DNA from: Gnetum montanum
Lineage: Eukaryota > Plantae > Gnetophyta
Assembly: GCA_015680685.1 (NCBI GenBank)
Contig: MNCI01001396.1
Coordinates: 1-64,000 of the forward strand
Length of the DNA: 64,000 bases
Direction of reading: 5' to 3'
Under the pieces are notes generated by a model that had not been told where the DNA came from, ran no database searches, and worked only from the letters and a program-made list of their open reading frames with translations. The stretch's first letter is position 1. Every line of letters begins with the position of its first letter. Shown in pieces: positions 1 to 12,210 of this stretch. Both the position numbers and the translations under genes were made by a program.

Positions 1-639
1 AGCTCCAGGCTATTCTTCAGTGTCATCAACCTTCAAAGCCTGGAGTACGTGACAAAGGGAAAGCACCCATGGAGGAGCCACCGCCACCAGGAACTACATG
101 AGTTCCACATTTTTGTAGTTGTAGCAGTTTTTCTCTGCGTTGTGTCTTCCCACACTGTGGCATTAGTCCATTTCTTTTTCTAGTTAATAATCCCATACCT
201 ATCCACTGTGTAATCACTGAAGCTTGTTCTCCTTGTAACTTGAGGACGAGTTTTTATTCAGTCGTGGGGGTATGATGAGACGCGGTTTGCGTCGGCTACG
301 ATATCGCGTACGCGATATTGCGTCCGACACGATATCGCGTCCTTCCTTACGATATCGCGTACGCGATATCACAGTTAGCCGTCATTTCTATAAATAAGAG
401 GTGGCTCTCCCTTATTCCACATCCTAGTTTTAGTGTAGCGAAGCTCTGGCAGTTTGATCCCTCCAGAGTTAGAATTTTTCCCGTGTCTGCCCGCAGTGTG
501 GTGAATGTGATTGTACGGTGTCTTTATTCGAGTGTGCCGTACTTGGACACGCACATGACAGGCAATAAAGATCGAGATTACTTCATCATTGCAGCACTTA
601 GTTTATTTATTGTTATTTATTTAATGTTATTTATTGCTT
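1..639 (+). mobile_element. 3' end of a young Athila-like element (ORF2 C-terminus, PPT, truncated 3' LTR), cut at the N at 640
   Basis: Frame 3 reads ...RDKGKAPMEEPPPPGTT* (stop 99-101), homologous to ORF2 ends of A-E. TTGAGGACGAG..CAGTCGTGGGGGTA PPT (259-272) is followed by TGATGAG at 273. LTR sequence resembles B/C LTRs and CpGs are intact. Confidence 0.9.
273..639 (+). repeat. Partial 3' LTR with CGATATCG repeats, TATA box (389-396) and AATAAA (564-569)
   Basis: TG start directly after the PPT; multiple (C)GATATCG(C) copies at 299-371; TATAAATA; downstream block aligns by eye to B and C LTRs. Confidence 0.85.
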
Positions 640-699
640 NTTTCCCTCTATGTCTTTTTCATATTCCCTATTTACATGAGAACTATATGGGGCCTATTT

Positions 700-1350
700 C
701 TAAAACAATCAAAAATATGTAGGTAAGCTTCGATAGGTTAATTCAAGTGCAAGTTTATACTAGATTGTGAGGCATTTGTGAGTGAGACATCCTTTGTAAA
801 AATATTGTTGCTCCTCCACCGATGATGTTTATGGGATTTTTTACTTGCATGCTTGCTTATACTCATTTGAAGTCATACATATTCCTCTTAGAGATGTATA
901 CATAACTTAGTAGGATTTTTTTATGTGGTGAGTTTCCTTCTTGGTGATGAAGTGGACACATTACTTGCTTAGAGGTAGATGCCCTAGATCTTTTGCTCCA
1001 TATTCATTAGATCCAAGGAAATTCATAGGGGTGCTGAACATCACCGAGGCAATGTTGTCAGAAATAGTATTAGAGCATCATTCAAAGTATTACAATTATT
1101 ATAACATTCTTCAATTTGTTATGTTTTAAGTGTTGCTACAAGGCTTTAATTCTGTAGTCCTAGTTAGTTATCATATTTGATATTGGATCATGAGAGTTTT
1201 TCCTCTTGTTTCTAGCATGGAATGCCGTTTTGGTAAGGCCCTTGATGTATCTTATGTGGAGTCATTACTTTGTTGCTTGCAACCTTTTCTATATTATGTA
1301 AGGATAGATAGGCTTGGTTGCATTCATTGGACTTTCCTCTAATACTTACA
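700..1350 (+). mobile_element. Possible very old L1-type LINE reverse transcriptase remnant
   Basis: Degenerate motifs in the expected order: KAFDR-like (~724-740), RG..CP..APY-like (~970-1005), LQF(AD)-like (~1108-1122), FGKA-like (~1228-1240). Many frameshifts; weak. Confidence 0.35.
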
Positions 1351-3910
1351 TTAGTGGTTGAAAAAGAAAATGATTCTTGTTAATGTGATTGGTTGTAAGT
1401 GCTATTAGTAATAAATGTAATGTTATTCAAGGAGCATTCCATCCTTGATCTATAGTGATTTATATGGGATGAATTGGACATTGTCTCCACTTCAATTTTC
1501 ATCTAGATAATATGTGTTAAGATGGTTATATTAGACATGTAGCAGATGATATCCTTGCATTCCCACTTTTCTTATTAATACATGAAATACAAGATTGATT
1601 TTCTAGGATGCTATTTTGCCTAGTACCTTTGGATATAGGGATTTCAGATGTGCTTATGTTGATCCTTGGTTTGGGTAAACAAAGACTTGCTAGTGGACTA
1701 ACTTACATTTATGTTTGTATTTACTTGTTTATCCATTTGTTTATATGTCTTTCTTTTAGTTTCAATTCAAGTCTCTCATACACATTATGCTCACTTTAGT
1801 TCTTGGTCACTATCATGTAGTTTTTGTGAATAGGATGTGGCTACATGTGACTTTTTAGCTCATTACAAGGTTGGGATTTTTTGGTATATCTTATGGTATC
1901 ATGTGCTTCTAGCTTAGCAAATTTTGATGTGATCTCAGTTTTGATGTCCTCTTATGTTTCAATTTTAGCTACCCTTGATGTGGATCAATTTATCTTGTCA
2001 TTTTATCTTGAGACTATATATGTTTGCATATGGGCTTTTTATTATTCCTCTTCAAATTGTAATACCTATCTTGGATACTTTATTTTTGAGTTTGTACTTT
2101 TTAAATCTTTGCAAGGTAGGCCATTCTTATTTTGGATTGTTCCAAGACCTTGATTCTCTTCAAAGTGCTTTGATTTTATTGAAGGTCATGTTTCCCTGTT
2201 GTAAATTTAGACATTTGTATTTTGAGACATCTCTTCGTCTTACTATTGAGGACTATTGCTAGTTATTTCAATCTCCTCTTATTATTGCTAGATGAGATTA
2301 TGAAATCCCTATCTATGCTTTTTAGTGATCTTTTAGAACGTGTTATCTTAATAAGGTTAAGCATCTATATGAATGGATGTCCTTTATTTCTGATGATCAT
2401 TAGAAATTTTGAAAGTGCTCTAGTTATCCCTCATTAGTGGATCAAAAGCTCTAATTTGCATAGTTGTATCTTGATTAGCTATGTGTGCTTTTGTATGGAT
2501 GATCTCTATGCATGTTGTTTGAGATCTTACTTTTTGTAGTACTTATAAATTCTTATATTTCTTTAGTCTTTGATATCTATGATTGTAATTGGTGAATGCA
2601 TTATATGGCTTGTATGCTACATATGTCTCATGTTAACTCTTTTATGTTTCAGAGCTATAATCTTAATCTTGCAAGTAGCATAGATACCAAAATGTTGAGA
2701 TAGTGGGAACCTTGGTTGATTCTGTGAGTACAATGTCTAAAGGAAAGAAAAGTTATCTTAAGATGATGATGAAATTAATTATCTAGTCTCATATTCATGG
2801 CATTAAGATATGGATTTTTTAGTACCTACGCTATATCAAAATAGCTTGATACATCATGATTTGTTTGTCTCTTAGTACTTTGGGTGAGTACTTATAGAGG
2901 AATGTTATCAATTTTAAATCCCTTTAGATTTTTGGATGAGAAGAAGGCATATATTAGTATCTAAGGTCCTACTAGATATTAAGGATCTTGATATGGTGAT
3001 GTCTTAGGATCTCATTATGGTAGGTGATGAATCTCCTGCAACATTCTAACATCTTTGTTTATGTAGTGTTCTCATTTCAATCCAATCATTTTGATGAAAG
3101 ATTTTAGTGGTATTAGTATTTTAGTTGGAAATGTATGTTTAGAGATAGGTTTTTAAACTAGAATGCTTCAGTTTCCATTCTACATTTCATGGCCTAAAAC
3201 CTCAGTCTTAGGATGGACTTGAGTAGTTGTGTCCTCAAACCTCTTAGGCCTAGGTAGTTTTCTTATTACTGCATGTTATTCACATCAAGCATTTTCCATG
3301 TTCCATGTTTATTCTACCACATTGATGTAATAGTTTTGTCATTATTAATTTGTTTATGAATGATAAATCAAAATTTGGCAGACTATGATATAGGATATAC
3401 GATATTGTTGCTCTGATATCATAGCACTAGTTATGTTATCGTATATGCGATATCGCCAGATGCACGCCAGCTTATAAATACAACACTTAGGTGCATAGAT
3501 CCATAGAATTTTTCATTCAATAGTAGCATAACTCTTGTAGTTTGCCTACAGTGTAGTGTGATATAGTGTATAAAGTCTTTATTTGAGCATCTTGTACTTG
3601 GGTACAAGTGTGACTAACAATAAAGATCGAGCTATCTCATACTATTACAACATTCTGCTAGTTTACTATTTTTCTTATAATACTATTTACTATTTTCTTA
3701 GTTAATGTTTACTTTTCCATGTACTTTACCATTACTATTGTTAAGCGGAATGAGTGCAACTAATCTCGAACACTTAAGTGTAATTTCTTGGTAGCCCAAT
3801 AGTGTTATTGCTTGGTTCACCCAGTAGCGAAGTCCTTGGTAATCCCAATAGTAGTTACATGAAGCCCACAATGTGGATGAAAGATCAAGATTGGATACTC
3901 ATTACCTTAG

Positions 3911-4798
3911 TCATGAGCAGCGAGGTAACCCTATGCCCAACCATACGAATCATAAGTGTTCACGCACGATCCGTTCGAATTCCATGGATGGGACTAGTTG
4001 TGCATCTAAATCATTATGCTTTGATCATAGTTTGTTGTTTCCCACTTAGACTAGTGGTAGCTTTGTCATGTATGGTTTAGTCCAAAGTGAGGTATATGAT
4101 GTTGTTTAATCCTATGTAGCTCTTAATGAAAATAAAGAGATAAATTAATTAAGCTAATGAACAATGGGAAGTAAAACCTAAACTAGCCTATGTGCGATGA
4201 GTATCCATTTCTAAGCATCTACACATGCCTTGGACTTTGTATAATCACCGTTGGAATTGCCAAGCATACGTCAGTGGGCTTGCCAAACAATACACTGTTG
4301 GGTTACCAAGTAATTACACTTAAGTGTTTGTGATTAACTATACTCATTCCGCTTAATGACAAGAATTGTAAAGAGCAATTAATGGAAATATCAACTAAGT
4401 AAAATAGTAAATAATTAAACAATTAAATAATTAAAAGAAATAATAATCTAAGTGGATGCTGCAATGATGGAAGTAACTGTGATCTTTATTTCTAGTCATG
4501 TAACCTATCCAAGTACGTCACACTCAAATAAGAATACCATAAAATCATAAACATCACACTATCGACATGCATTGGGAATAACAGAATTGGAAATTAACAA
4601 TATATGAAAAAGTTAACTAAAATCTGAAACTAAAACTATGTCCAAACTATGCACCCAAGTGTTGTATTTATAAGCTAGCACAGAGGAGATGATATAAGAT
4701 ATATGACATTATTTCTTAGGACCCGATATCACATATATGATATTGGAGCCTCGATATTGGATATCCAATATGAGGGCTAACATAATCATGACTTACCA
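3911..4798 (-). repeat. 3' LTR of B
   Basis: Aligns end to end with 12211-13083; flanked by PPT (plus-strand TACCCCCATGACTGA). Confidence 0.92.
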
Positions 4799-4986
4799 TA
4801 CCCCCATGACTGAATGAAAACTCGTCCTCGATTTAAAAAAAATGAAAAATAAGCTATTTACAAAATGTTGGAATGGTACGGAATTATTGACTGACTCAAA
4901 CAAAAAAACAAATGGACTCTTACATGCCACAGTGGTGTTTTACAAAAATTTGGACATAATACTACAAGACACAAAATTAGGGAAGC

Positions 4987-7715
4987 TCATGTAGTTCTCG
5001 GAGGTGGTGGCTCCTCCATCAATCACTTTCCTTTGTTGCCAAGCTTCTGAAATTTGTAACGATTGAGTGCCTGCAACTTTTCTTCTTCTATCCTTGGATC
5101 CTATATTGACGAGGTTGTTGAACCAATGTGTGTTGGTGCTGGCACGTCCTAAGGGCATGATAGTTGGAAAAACATTTTATTAGCCTTTACGTACTAGGTC
5201 ACAAATTGTTGTCGCTCCTCTTCAAATGCCCTAGCCTTTTCTTTGAACTCATGATAATCTATGAGTCTCTTGGCTAGGTCTGAAGTGACATTCTTCTATC
5301 CATGGTAGCGAGCTTTAGCCATCTCAAGTTTTGAGTTTGCAACATGAAGTTTTTGTAGAGCAACCTTTTTATCTGCAAACTCTTTCTCGTATAACACATA
5401 AGTGGTTGCAGCTTGTTTCTCCAGCTCGCTTTAAGGCTAACTTGTTGTTAACATGGCAAGGTTGGCATATCTGAGGTTAGCTAATGCCATGTGTTTCTTC
5501 AAATCCTCAATCTATAGGTCTTTATTCTTTACTTTCTCCTAATGGACCAGTGCATAACTATCTAGAATTAGTTGCCAATCAAGATTTTATGCTAACATGG
5601 ATCTATATGGGCCTTGGCCATTTGGATTTATTTTTTTTTTATCTGCTTGTACATGCCTACTTGGTTCCAGAAGTGTTCTTTCAACTTCTCATGTTTCTTG
5701 GTCTCATTCTACCATGTGCTTATTTCAATTACGGATTTTTATTGAATGGCATAGACCTCCTTTATTGAGAGGATTCTATTTTCCCTAGCCAATCTATTGA
5801 TATCTTGGTTGACCCTTATTAGTTGTTTCCTCAATTGATGGACACTTTCTTCTAGAACATTCTTTTGTTTTTCAATGGTGGTCAACCTTAAGTTCTTTGT
5901 AACGAGTTGCTTATTCTCTTCCTACGTGGTAGTTAATGCCTTCTTGTAAGCATGGGATTGTGCATTAGCAATAGAAGCATTCTAGACTCCTTCTCCTTTT
6001 CTTGCTTGGTAGCTTTATTTTCCTTGATCAACTTGTTTAGCTACTCTTTTTTGAATGAATCTAGTTGGTTAGACACAATAAATTAGATAGGATCTCATCT
6101 CTCATTCCTCAAGGTGGTTAGCTCTTATTACAAATGTTGCACTTCCACTTCCGCATGTTACGCCCTAACCTCAGCCATGACCAACTTTCCTTTGGTGGTT
6201 ATTATGTTTGATTGTGTTGTAGTGACATCACTAGGGATGTCAAACAGGGTGTTCATCACTTTCCCTATTTGCAACAATTGATCTAACACATCCTCATGTG
6301 CCATAGAAGTCATTGAAGTCCCAGTGAGCATTTATGCATCTTTGGTCCTAGTCAGATCTACTAGGGGTACAATAGGCACATTGAATGATTCCTTGATGTG
6401 ATTTGTTATTACTTCTGTTGCACCTACCACATCCCAATGCTGCATTACCACTACTGTGGCATCTTCTCCTATTTTGAGCATCACTTGAAAGGATGTAGCA
6501 TTACCAAATATTTTTCTAGACCATTGGGATTCTCCTCCTGATTACAGTGACACTTATCCTCTTGTCAGATTGGCCGAAATGATGGGTTGCACCTTGTCTA
6601 AGACTCTAAAGAGGCTTGATTCCTCTATGCTTTCCTAGTTAAGCATTTCAGTAATTTTTTGTAAGTGGCTTATTGCTAGCTTATAGTCTTATGGTGGTGG
6701 TGGCGGAGCTTATGTTTCATGGTGTGGTTTAGACTCTCATTCTGCTTCTTTTTCTAGTTCTACTTCCTTCTTCGGTTCTTGCTCCTCACTAAGGTCTTTC
6801 CTTAGTGTTGCAGGTTTGAGGAGTTTAGCAAAGGAAGCATTCTGAGCCTTCTTGAAAACATTGTTTGTGTACCTCCAGGATTCTAGCATGTTTACATAGC
6901 TTTCTAATTAGGAAAGGGAATGGAAGTGTTGGCTTCCCTACCTTTTTCTCCTCAAATCACCTCTGAATCTCTATGTAGTATAACTAGGGAAGGTTAGCTA
7001 CGTATTTTCCCATTAGGATGACACTTACCCTAGCTGCATAGGTTGAAATTTTGTTAAGAACTTTGGTTGGGAAGAGATGATACATGCCTATCTTGAAGAA
7101 TGTTCTATCTCCTAGAGTTAATTCATTATACATCTTATCATCCTTGCCGTATGCCCACTTTAGTCACAACTTTATAGTGTTAGGGTCAAATCTTGTAGAC
7201 TGATGGTCTAACTTAGCTCCCTGATTTGGAAAATTGAGAGCTTTTATGATTTCTTTGATCAAGAATGAGACATTGAGTCCACAAATATTTACAATCATAC
7301 CTTCCTCTTTGTTGTGCCAGAATTGATATGTTTCTCCAAGATACCACTTGCCACTATTTGAAAGAATTGACGATAAGGGTGATGCCTAGAGTTGTGTTTG
7401 AATGGATTCAAGAGTGAATGCCATGAATAGGATGAAGTTCATCTCCACGATAACTCTGGTCAACATGAATTTCTCTTGAATTGCTTCAAGGCATTCTGTG
7501 GACAATGTGAGACATTGTCCCTGTGTAGGAGCTTGGGTTTTTATGGCCTCTTCGTGGACCATTTGCCTAGTGATAGGAGCCTCTTGATGGATGCTGAATG
7601 GTTGAGCTTCTTGGTCCTTGTGCTCTACATGCTAACCTTGTTGGCCCTTACCATCCCTTGGGCATTTGGGGGCTCCCTGTGAAGGTCCTCATTGTGTTCC
7701 TCTTTTTGGGGCCAT
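4987..7715 (-). pseudogene. ORF2 (Athila env-like / putative plant transposon protein plus coiled coil) of B, stop-disrupted
   Basis: ATG GCC CCA AAA AGA (MAPKR) at 7715; WYLGETYQFWHNKEEG and LPFPFLIRKLCKH motifs; ends EEPPPPRTT* at 4987. Confidence 0.85.
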
Positions 7716-9679
7716 CTGTAATCAATCAAAGATCAGATGTTACTAAGGTGTTGTTATGTATCATTAATAGGTTTATACCTTAGTCATGGCCTTAGTTTCA
7801 TTAAGTTCTTTAGTTCATATGATTATAGAGTTAGAAAATTTTTTAGAAAAATGCCCAAAAGGTGGCTATCTTCTCGTATGACCTTACATAGTTGGTTCCT
7901 TTTTCCTTACGTGTGGCTTATTATGATGGTTATGGTTTCTTGGGTGGAAAAATTAAGGTTTTTGGCACTACCACAATTGATGTTTTACTATAGCACTTAT
8001 GGTTTTTAACATTCTTACCCTTATAATACCCTCCAGGTGATAGAAAATCATGAAAAATTGGCACAAGTTTCCCATGAAAACACCCTCCTTCCATAACTAA
8101 CTTGAACACTTCAGGTTCAGACAAGTCCAAATGACACAGAAGTTGGAGAAATAAAGAGCCAAATATCGTAAGTAGAAAGTGGTTACATAGAGCTCTGAGT
8201 CGTAAAAGAAAATTTGAAAGACTCCCCTAGTTGCAAATGATGAGAATGAAGTTTGGACACTCTAGGGGTCATATATATAGGTTTTGTGAGACCCAATACT
8301 AGGTATTCAATGTCGAGTCTGACCCAATATTGGGTAGTCAATATCAGGGTCCATGAATGTGCATTGAATGAGGGTATGAAGCATGAGAAATGAAGCTTTG
8401 TGATTGGTTGGAAGGTTTGAGGTTAGGTCTATAGTTCTGGGATAAGTGGAAAATTAGTTTTAGGCACCAAAAGTGTTAGAAGGTGGAGTCGTTTACGCGA
8501 AAAGCTTTGGAAGATGCAAAAAAAAGGATGTTAAATTGATGTTGTAGAACGGATCAATTACATGATAAGGGAAATTATGAAATTTAACAATTATGCGCTT
8601 GGAAGGTTAAGAATTATGTGGTTGTGTTAAACAAGTACAAGTCACAAGTGGGTCCTCCTGAAAGCAAGCTCTAGCCTATGATGCCCTCATATAACCACAC
8701 CTAAAAATGTCCATAGGTACTAAAGGGGTTAAATGCAATGCATATTCGTGCAACAAAAAACACATGTAAAAATCACCAGTTTAAGATAATAACTCTATGT
8801 TACACAAAACCACAAGTTAGGATCATATGGGCAGTAAAATGAGATGGAATTTAGAAAGGACTACAGAAATTGGGATGTGAGGTGTCTTACTAGAGGCATA
8901 ATAAATCCTTGTACATTATTAATGGTTATGTAATCATCAACCCTACTTTCCAAGATTCAAACCAAGTCCAAACCACATTTCAGGGACATCACATTGTTTC
9001 ATCTCGATGGTTGACAAGCATAAGACTATGATAGTTGCAAGGAGTAACATCACTTAGCGTTTTGTCTAAGGGAGAAGTTTATTTATGGTACTTTTTTTTT
9101 GATGGTTTGAGAAGTTGCCAACCTTTAGGCATGGGTACATGTCTTTCTAGTGGGACCCTTAGAAATTTATTTAGTGCCTTGTTATGTGACTCTTACTTCC
9201 ATTTTTTGTTAGATCTACAAGGATATAATTAGAACCGAAGCAACATGATAGAACATATAGAAGTGGCCAAAGAGAATTCACAAATCCCCTTGATGTCACA
9301 CCCTTTACATTCCCCCTTGGTTCTTTACTCTTTTGCTTAGAAACAATGATTATGAATTTATTTTTAGGTTGGATGATGAAAAATAATATCATTATGACCA
9401 GAGTAAGAAACTCTTATTAATGGAATGAGTGGATGGATGACGTGGTCTCACTGTTTGAATAATCAATCCCTTATGACTTGACAACATAGAGAAAACCTCA
9501 CCTCAATGGGTTACATGATTGTTTTATTCACAAATGAGATTAAAATAACAAAGGAAATAAAGAACAAAAATGAAACATGGAAAAAAGTTGAAAAAGATAG
9601 GAAAAATTGTATCAAGAAGCAAGAAAATGATAAAAAATTGTAAGAAAAAAAGATGAAAAACACTTATTAATTCTAAAGG

Positions 9680-12085
9680 TTAGAATGGGGGGTTTCCCCC
9701 ATGACTAAACATTTGGCCATGACAAGGATTAATAAGTGGATAGATAGAATCCATGCATGTATAAAACATTGGTAGCCATTCATTTTTGAGCCACTAGGTG
9801 TCTAATGTTGTGGTAGTTGGGTAGACAAATTGTTGGTCACACACTTGATTGTTAAATGTATGGTGGGTCAGGGTATGAGGCGTGGTAGCATTGTAAATGC
9901 TTGGCCCATGATTGTACCCTTGATAATGATACAATATGCATAGATTTATTTGTCTCCCCACACTGTTAGATTCATTGTTTAGGCTTGGCATTGGAGTAAT
10001 GATGGATGATGATCCTTGTGTATGATCAGAGGATGTTGGTTGTGAAAAGGAAGGTGTTGTACTAGATTAGCATTATGTTGGTTTGGATGATGTGGTAGGT
10101 CCATGAGTGTTTTACTTCTACCTAAGGCCTTTCCTAAAGAAAGGACATTTCCAAGTTTGTGGTGGGAACCTATTGGTATCAACATTTCTAGACACATTCA
10201 CAGCACAAGTGGGACTCGTTTGTTGATATTATGATGCTGAACCTTCTTGTGTTATTGGTAGTGGTGTCTAATGAGGTGGAGTATGAGAATATTGAGGGTA
10301 GGATGGATGGTAAGAGATGTAAGGTGGTGATCCTTCAAGGGATGTCGTGGGTTGATGGTACTCCAGAGAGTGATAGTGGCAATTTGAAGTAGAGGATGTA
10401 GAACTAGTTAGAGAAATAGGATGTTGAACATAATATCCATGCAGTTTTGGTTGATAGGAAGGATAGGGTTGATTTGGTGGTGGCCTCCCCCATGATTGTG
10501 GTTGTTGCCACTATAGTTGATGATAGTGTTGAGGTTGGTAATAAGTCCCCCTAGGATAGTATGATTGGTTGTGAGGCAGTTTATAATTACCATGTGGGAA
10601 AGGAAATCTCTCGGGCATGTGCTTTTGTACAAACTTTGGATTTAATGCACCTACCCAATACTCATGTAGATGTAACAAGATCAGAAAATGGCCCTTCAGA
10701 TGGTCATATATGTAGATGTTACATCCATTATCTTCATCTATGGCTGAGTCCATAACCTCACTTTCTTCAGTCATTTTTCTTATTTGTTGAAAAGTGTTCC
10801 TAGCTATTTCTTGGTTATGTATCCTTTGTTTATTGTGATTACTTGGTTTTTTTTGCATGATCTTCTCCTTGACCATCTCAATGAGAGTTGTAACATTTTC
10901 ATATATCCATTTTGACATCCTATTAAACTTTGCTTCAAGTTCATCAATAGACTTTTGTATCGATATGGTTCATTGCGAGATCACCTTATTGAGAGCGGTC
11001 TCTTTCTCCTTACCATAGATATGGACCTCTGTTTGTTGAAGAGTTGGGTCCCACTGATATTTCTTGACATTCTCCCATTTGCATATATCTCCTTATTCTT
11101 TTGTCACATGCTTGATTAGCTCTCGAATTTGATGGGTTTGTAGCTTGTATGATTGACCTAGGGCATACTTCCCAAGGGTCTCTCTTATTTCATTACAAAG
11201 CTCATCTATGATGTGAAAAGTTACCTTTCCTTAGAGAAACCATGGCTTGGGCATTTATTCAATAGGAAATAATATCTATCTAAGGCCATGTTCAAGGGTT
11301 CATGTTGTTCTTGCTTCCATCCTTGGATCTGTCTCCTTAGGTTGGACACCCTTACATAGGTTTGGTATTTCTCGTTGAAGATTTCCAGCATTATGGACCA
11401 CTATCAAATTGAACTTGGTTTTAATGATCTATACCACACTTCAGCTCTATCAATTAGTATCTTAGGAAAGAGCTTAAGATTTTGCCACTCACTTTCAATG
11501 TTGTACTAGCCATGTGCATCATGGAAGGCTTGTATATGATGTTGTGGATTTGAATCATAGCCTTCTACAAATTTAGGAATATTATTAATGTCAATCCTAG
11601 GTAGGTGAATCTCTTTGTGATGCTTGTGAGATATCTTAATTGCCTCTATGATCTACATTAGGTCTTTAATGGCCAACAAGGGTTCATTGTCGTTAGATAG
11701 GTTGTGAGGGAAATTCCTTTTCTGTTGATGGTGATGATTTTTCCTATGTTCATGTCGATGATTGTGAGTCTTCCGGGGAGAGAAAGATGAGGAATTGGAA
11801 GGATTTTCATGGCTTCCATGGTGTTCCCTAGGGTCCCTTGATTTATCATTTCTTGGTTTCAAGGAGGTCTTAGGCCTTGAGATCTCCCTTCATCTAGGAG
11901 CTACTTTATCTTCTCTAGGTTATCTGCTTTAGAGGAATGTAGTCTTTGAGTGTCATTAGGGTGGTCATGAACATATGAAATTCCTGTGTGAAGTTGGTCA
12001 CTCCAATTTTCTTCATCATATATCTCATTAGTTCTCCAATGAATGTTTTCGCTATATAATGCATTATCACTTGTGAAAGAGACAT
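9680..12085 (-). pseudogene. gag: gag of B with Pro/His-rich region and a distinct C-terminal tail; no pol
   Basis: MSLSQ start; IPKFVEGYDSNPQHHIQAF..W..L.LFP retrotransposon-gag motif; degenerate Cx2Cx3Hx4C (GCNIYIYDHLKGHF); ends FSHGGNPPF*. Confidence 0.85.
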
Positions 12086-12191
12086 TGTTTTTGGTTTATA
12101 ATGTGTGTGATTTAATATTTTCTAAAAGATATATTGTGAATGCATTTACAACAATAGTGTATAATATAACTAATCTAGATAACTAGCACCA

Positions 12192-12210
12192 TCCACAACA
12201 ACGATGCCAA
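12192..12210 (-). promoter_or_regulatory. Primer-binding site (tRNA-Asp type) of B
   Basis: TTGGCATCGTTGTTGTGGA is a mostly deamination-derived variant of TGGCGCCGTTGCCGGGGA, directly after the LTR. Confidence 0.85.

Noticed and set aside
318-722. 134-aa ORF
   Set aside because: Lies in an LTR and runs across the N at 640; no protein-like features
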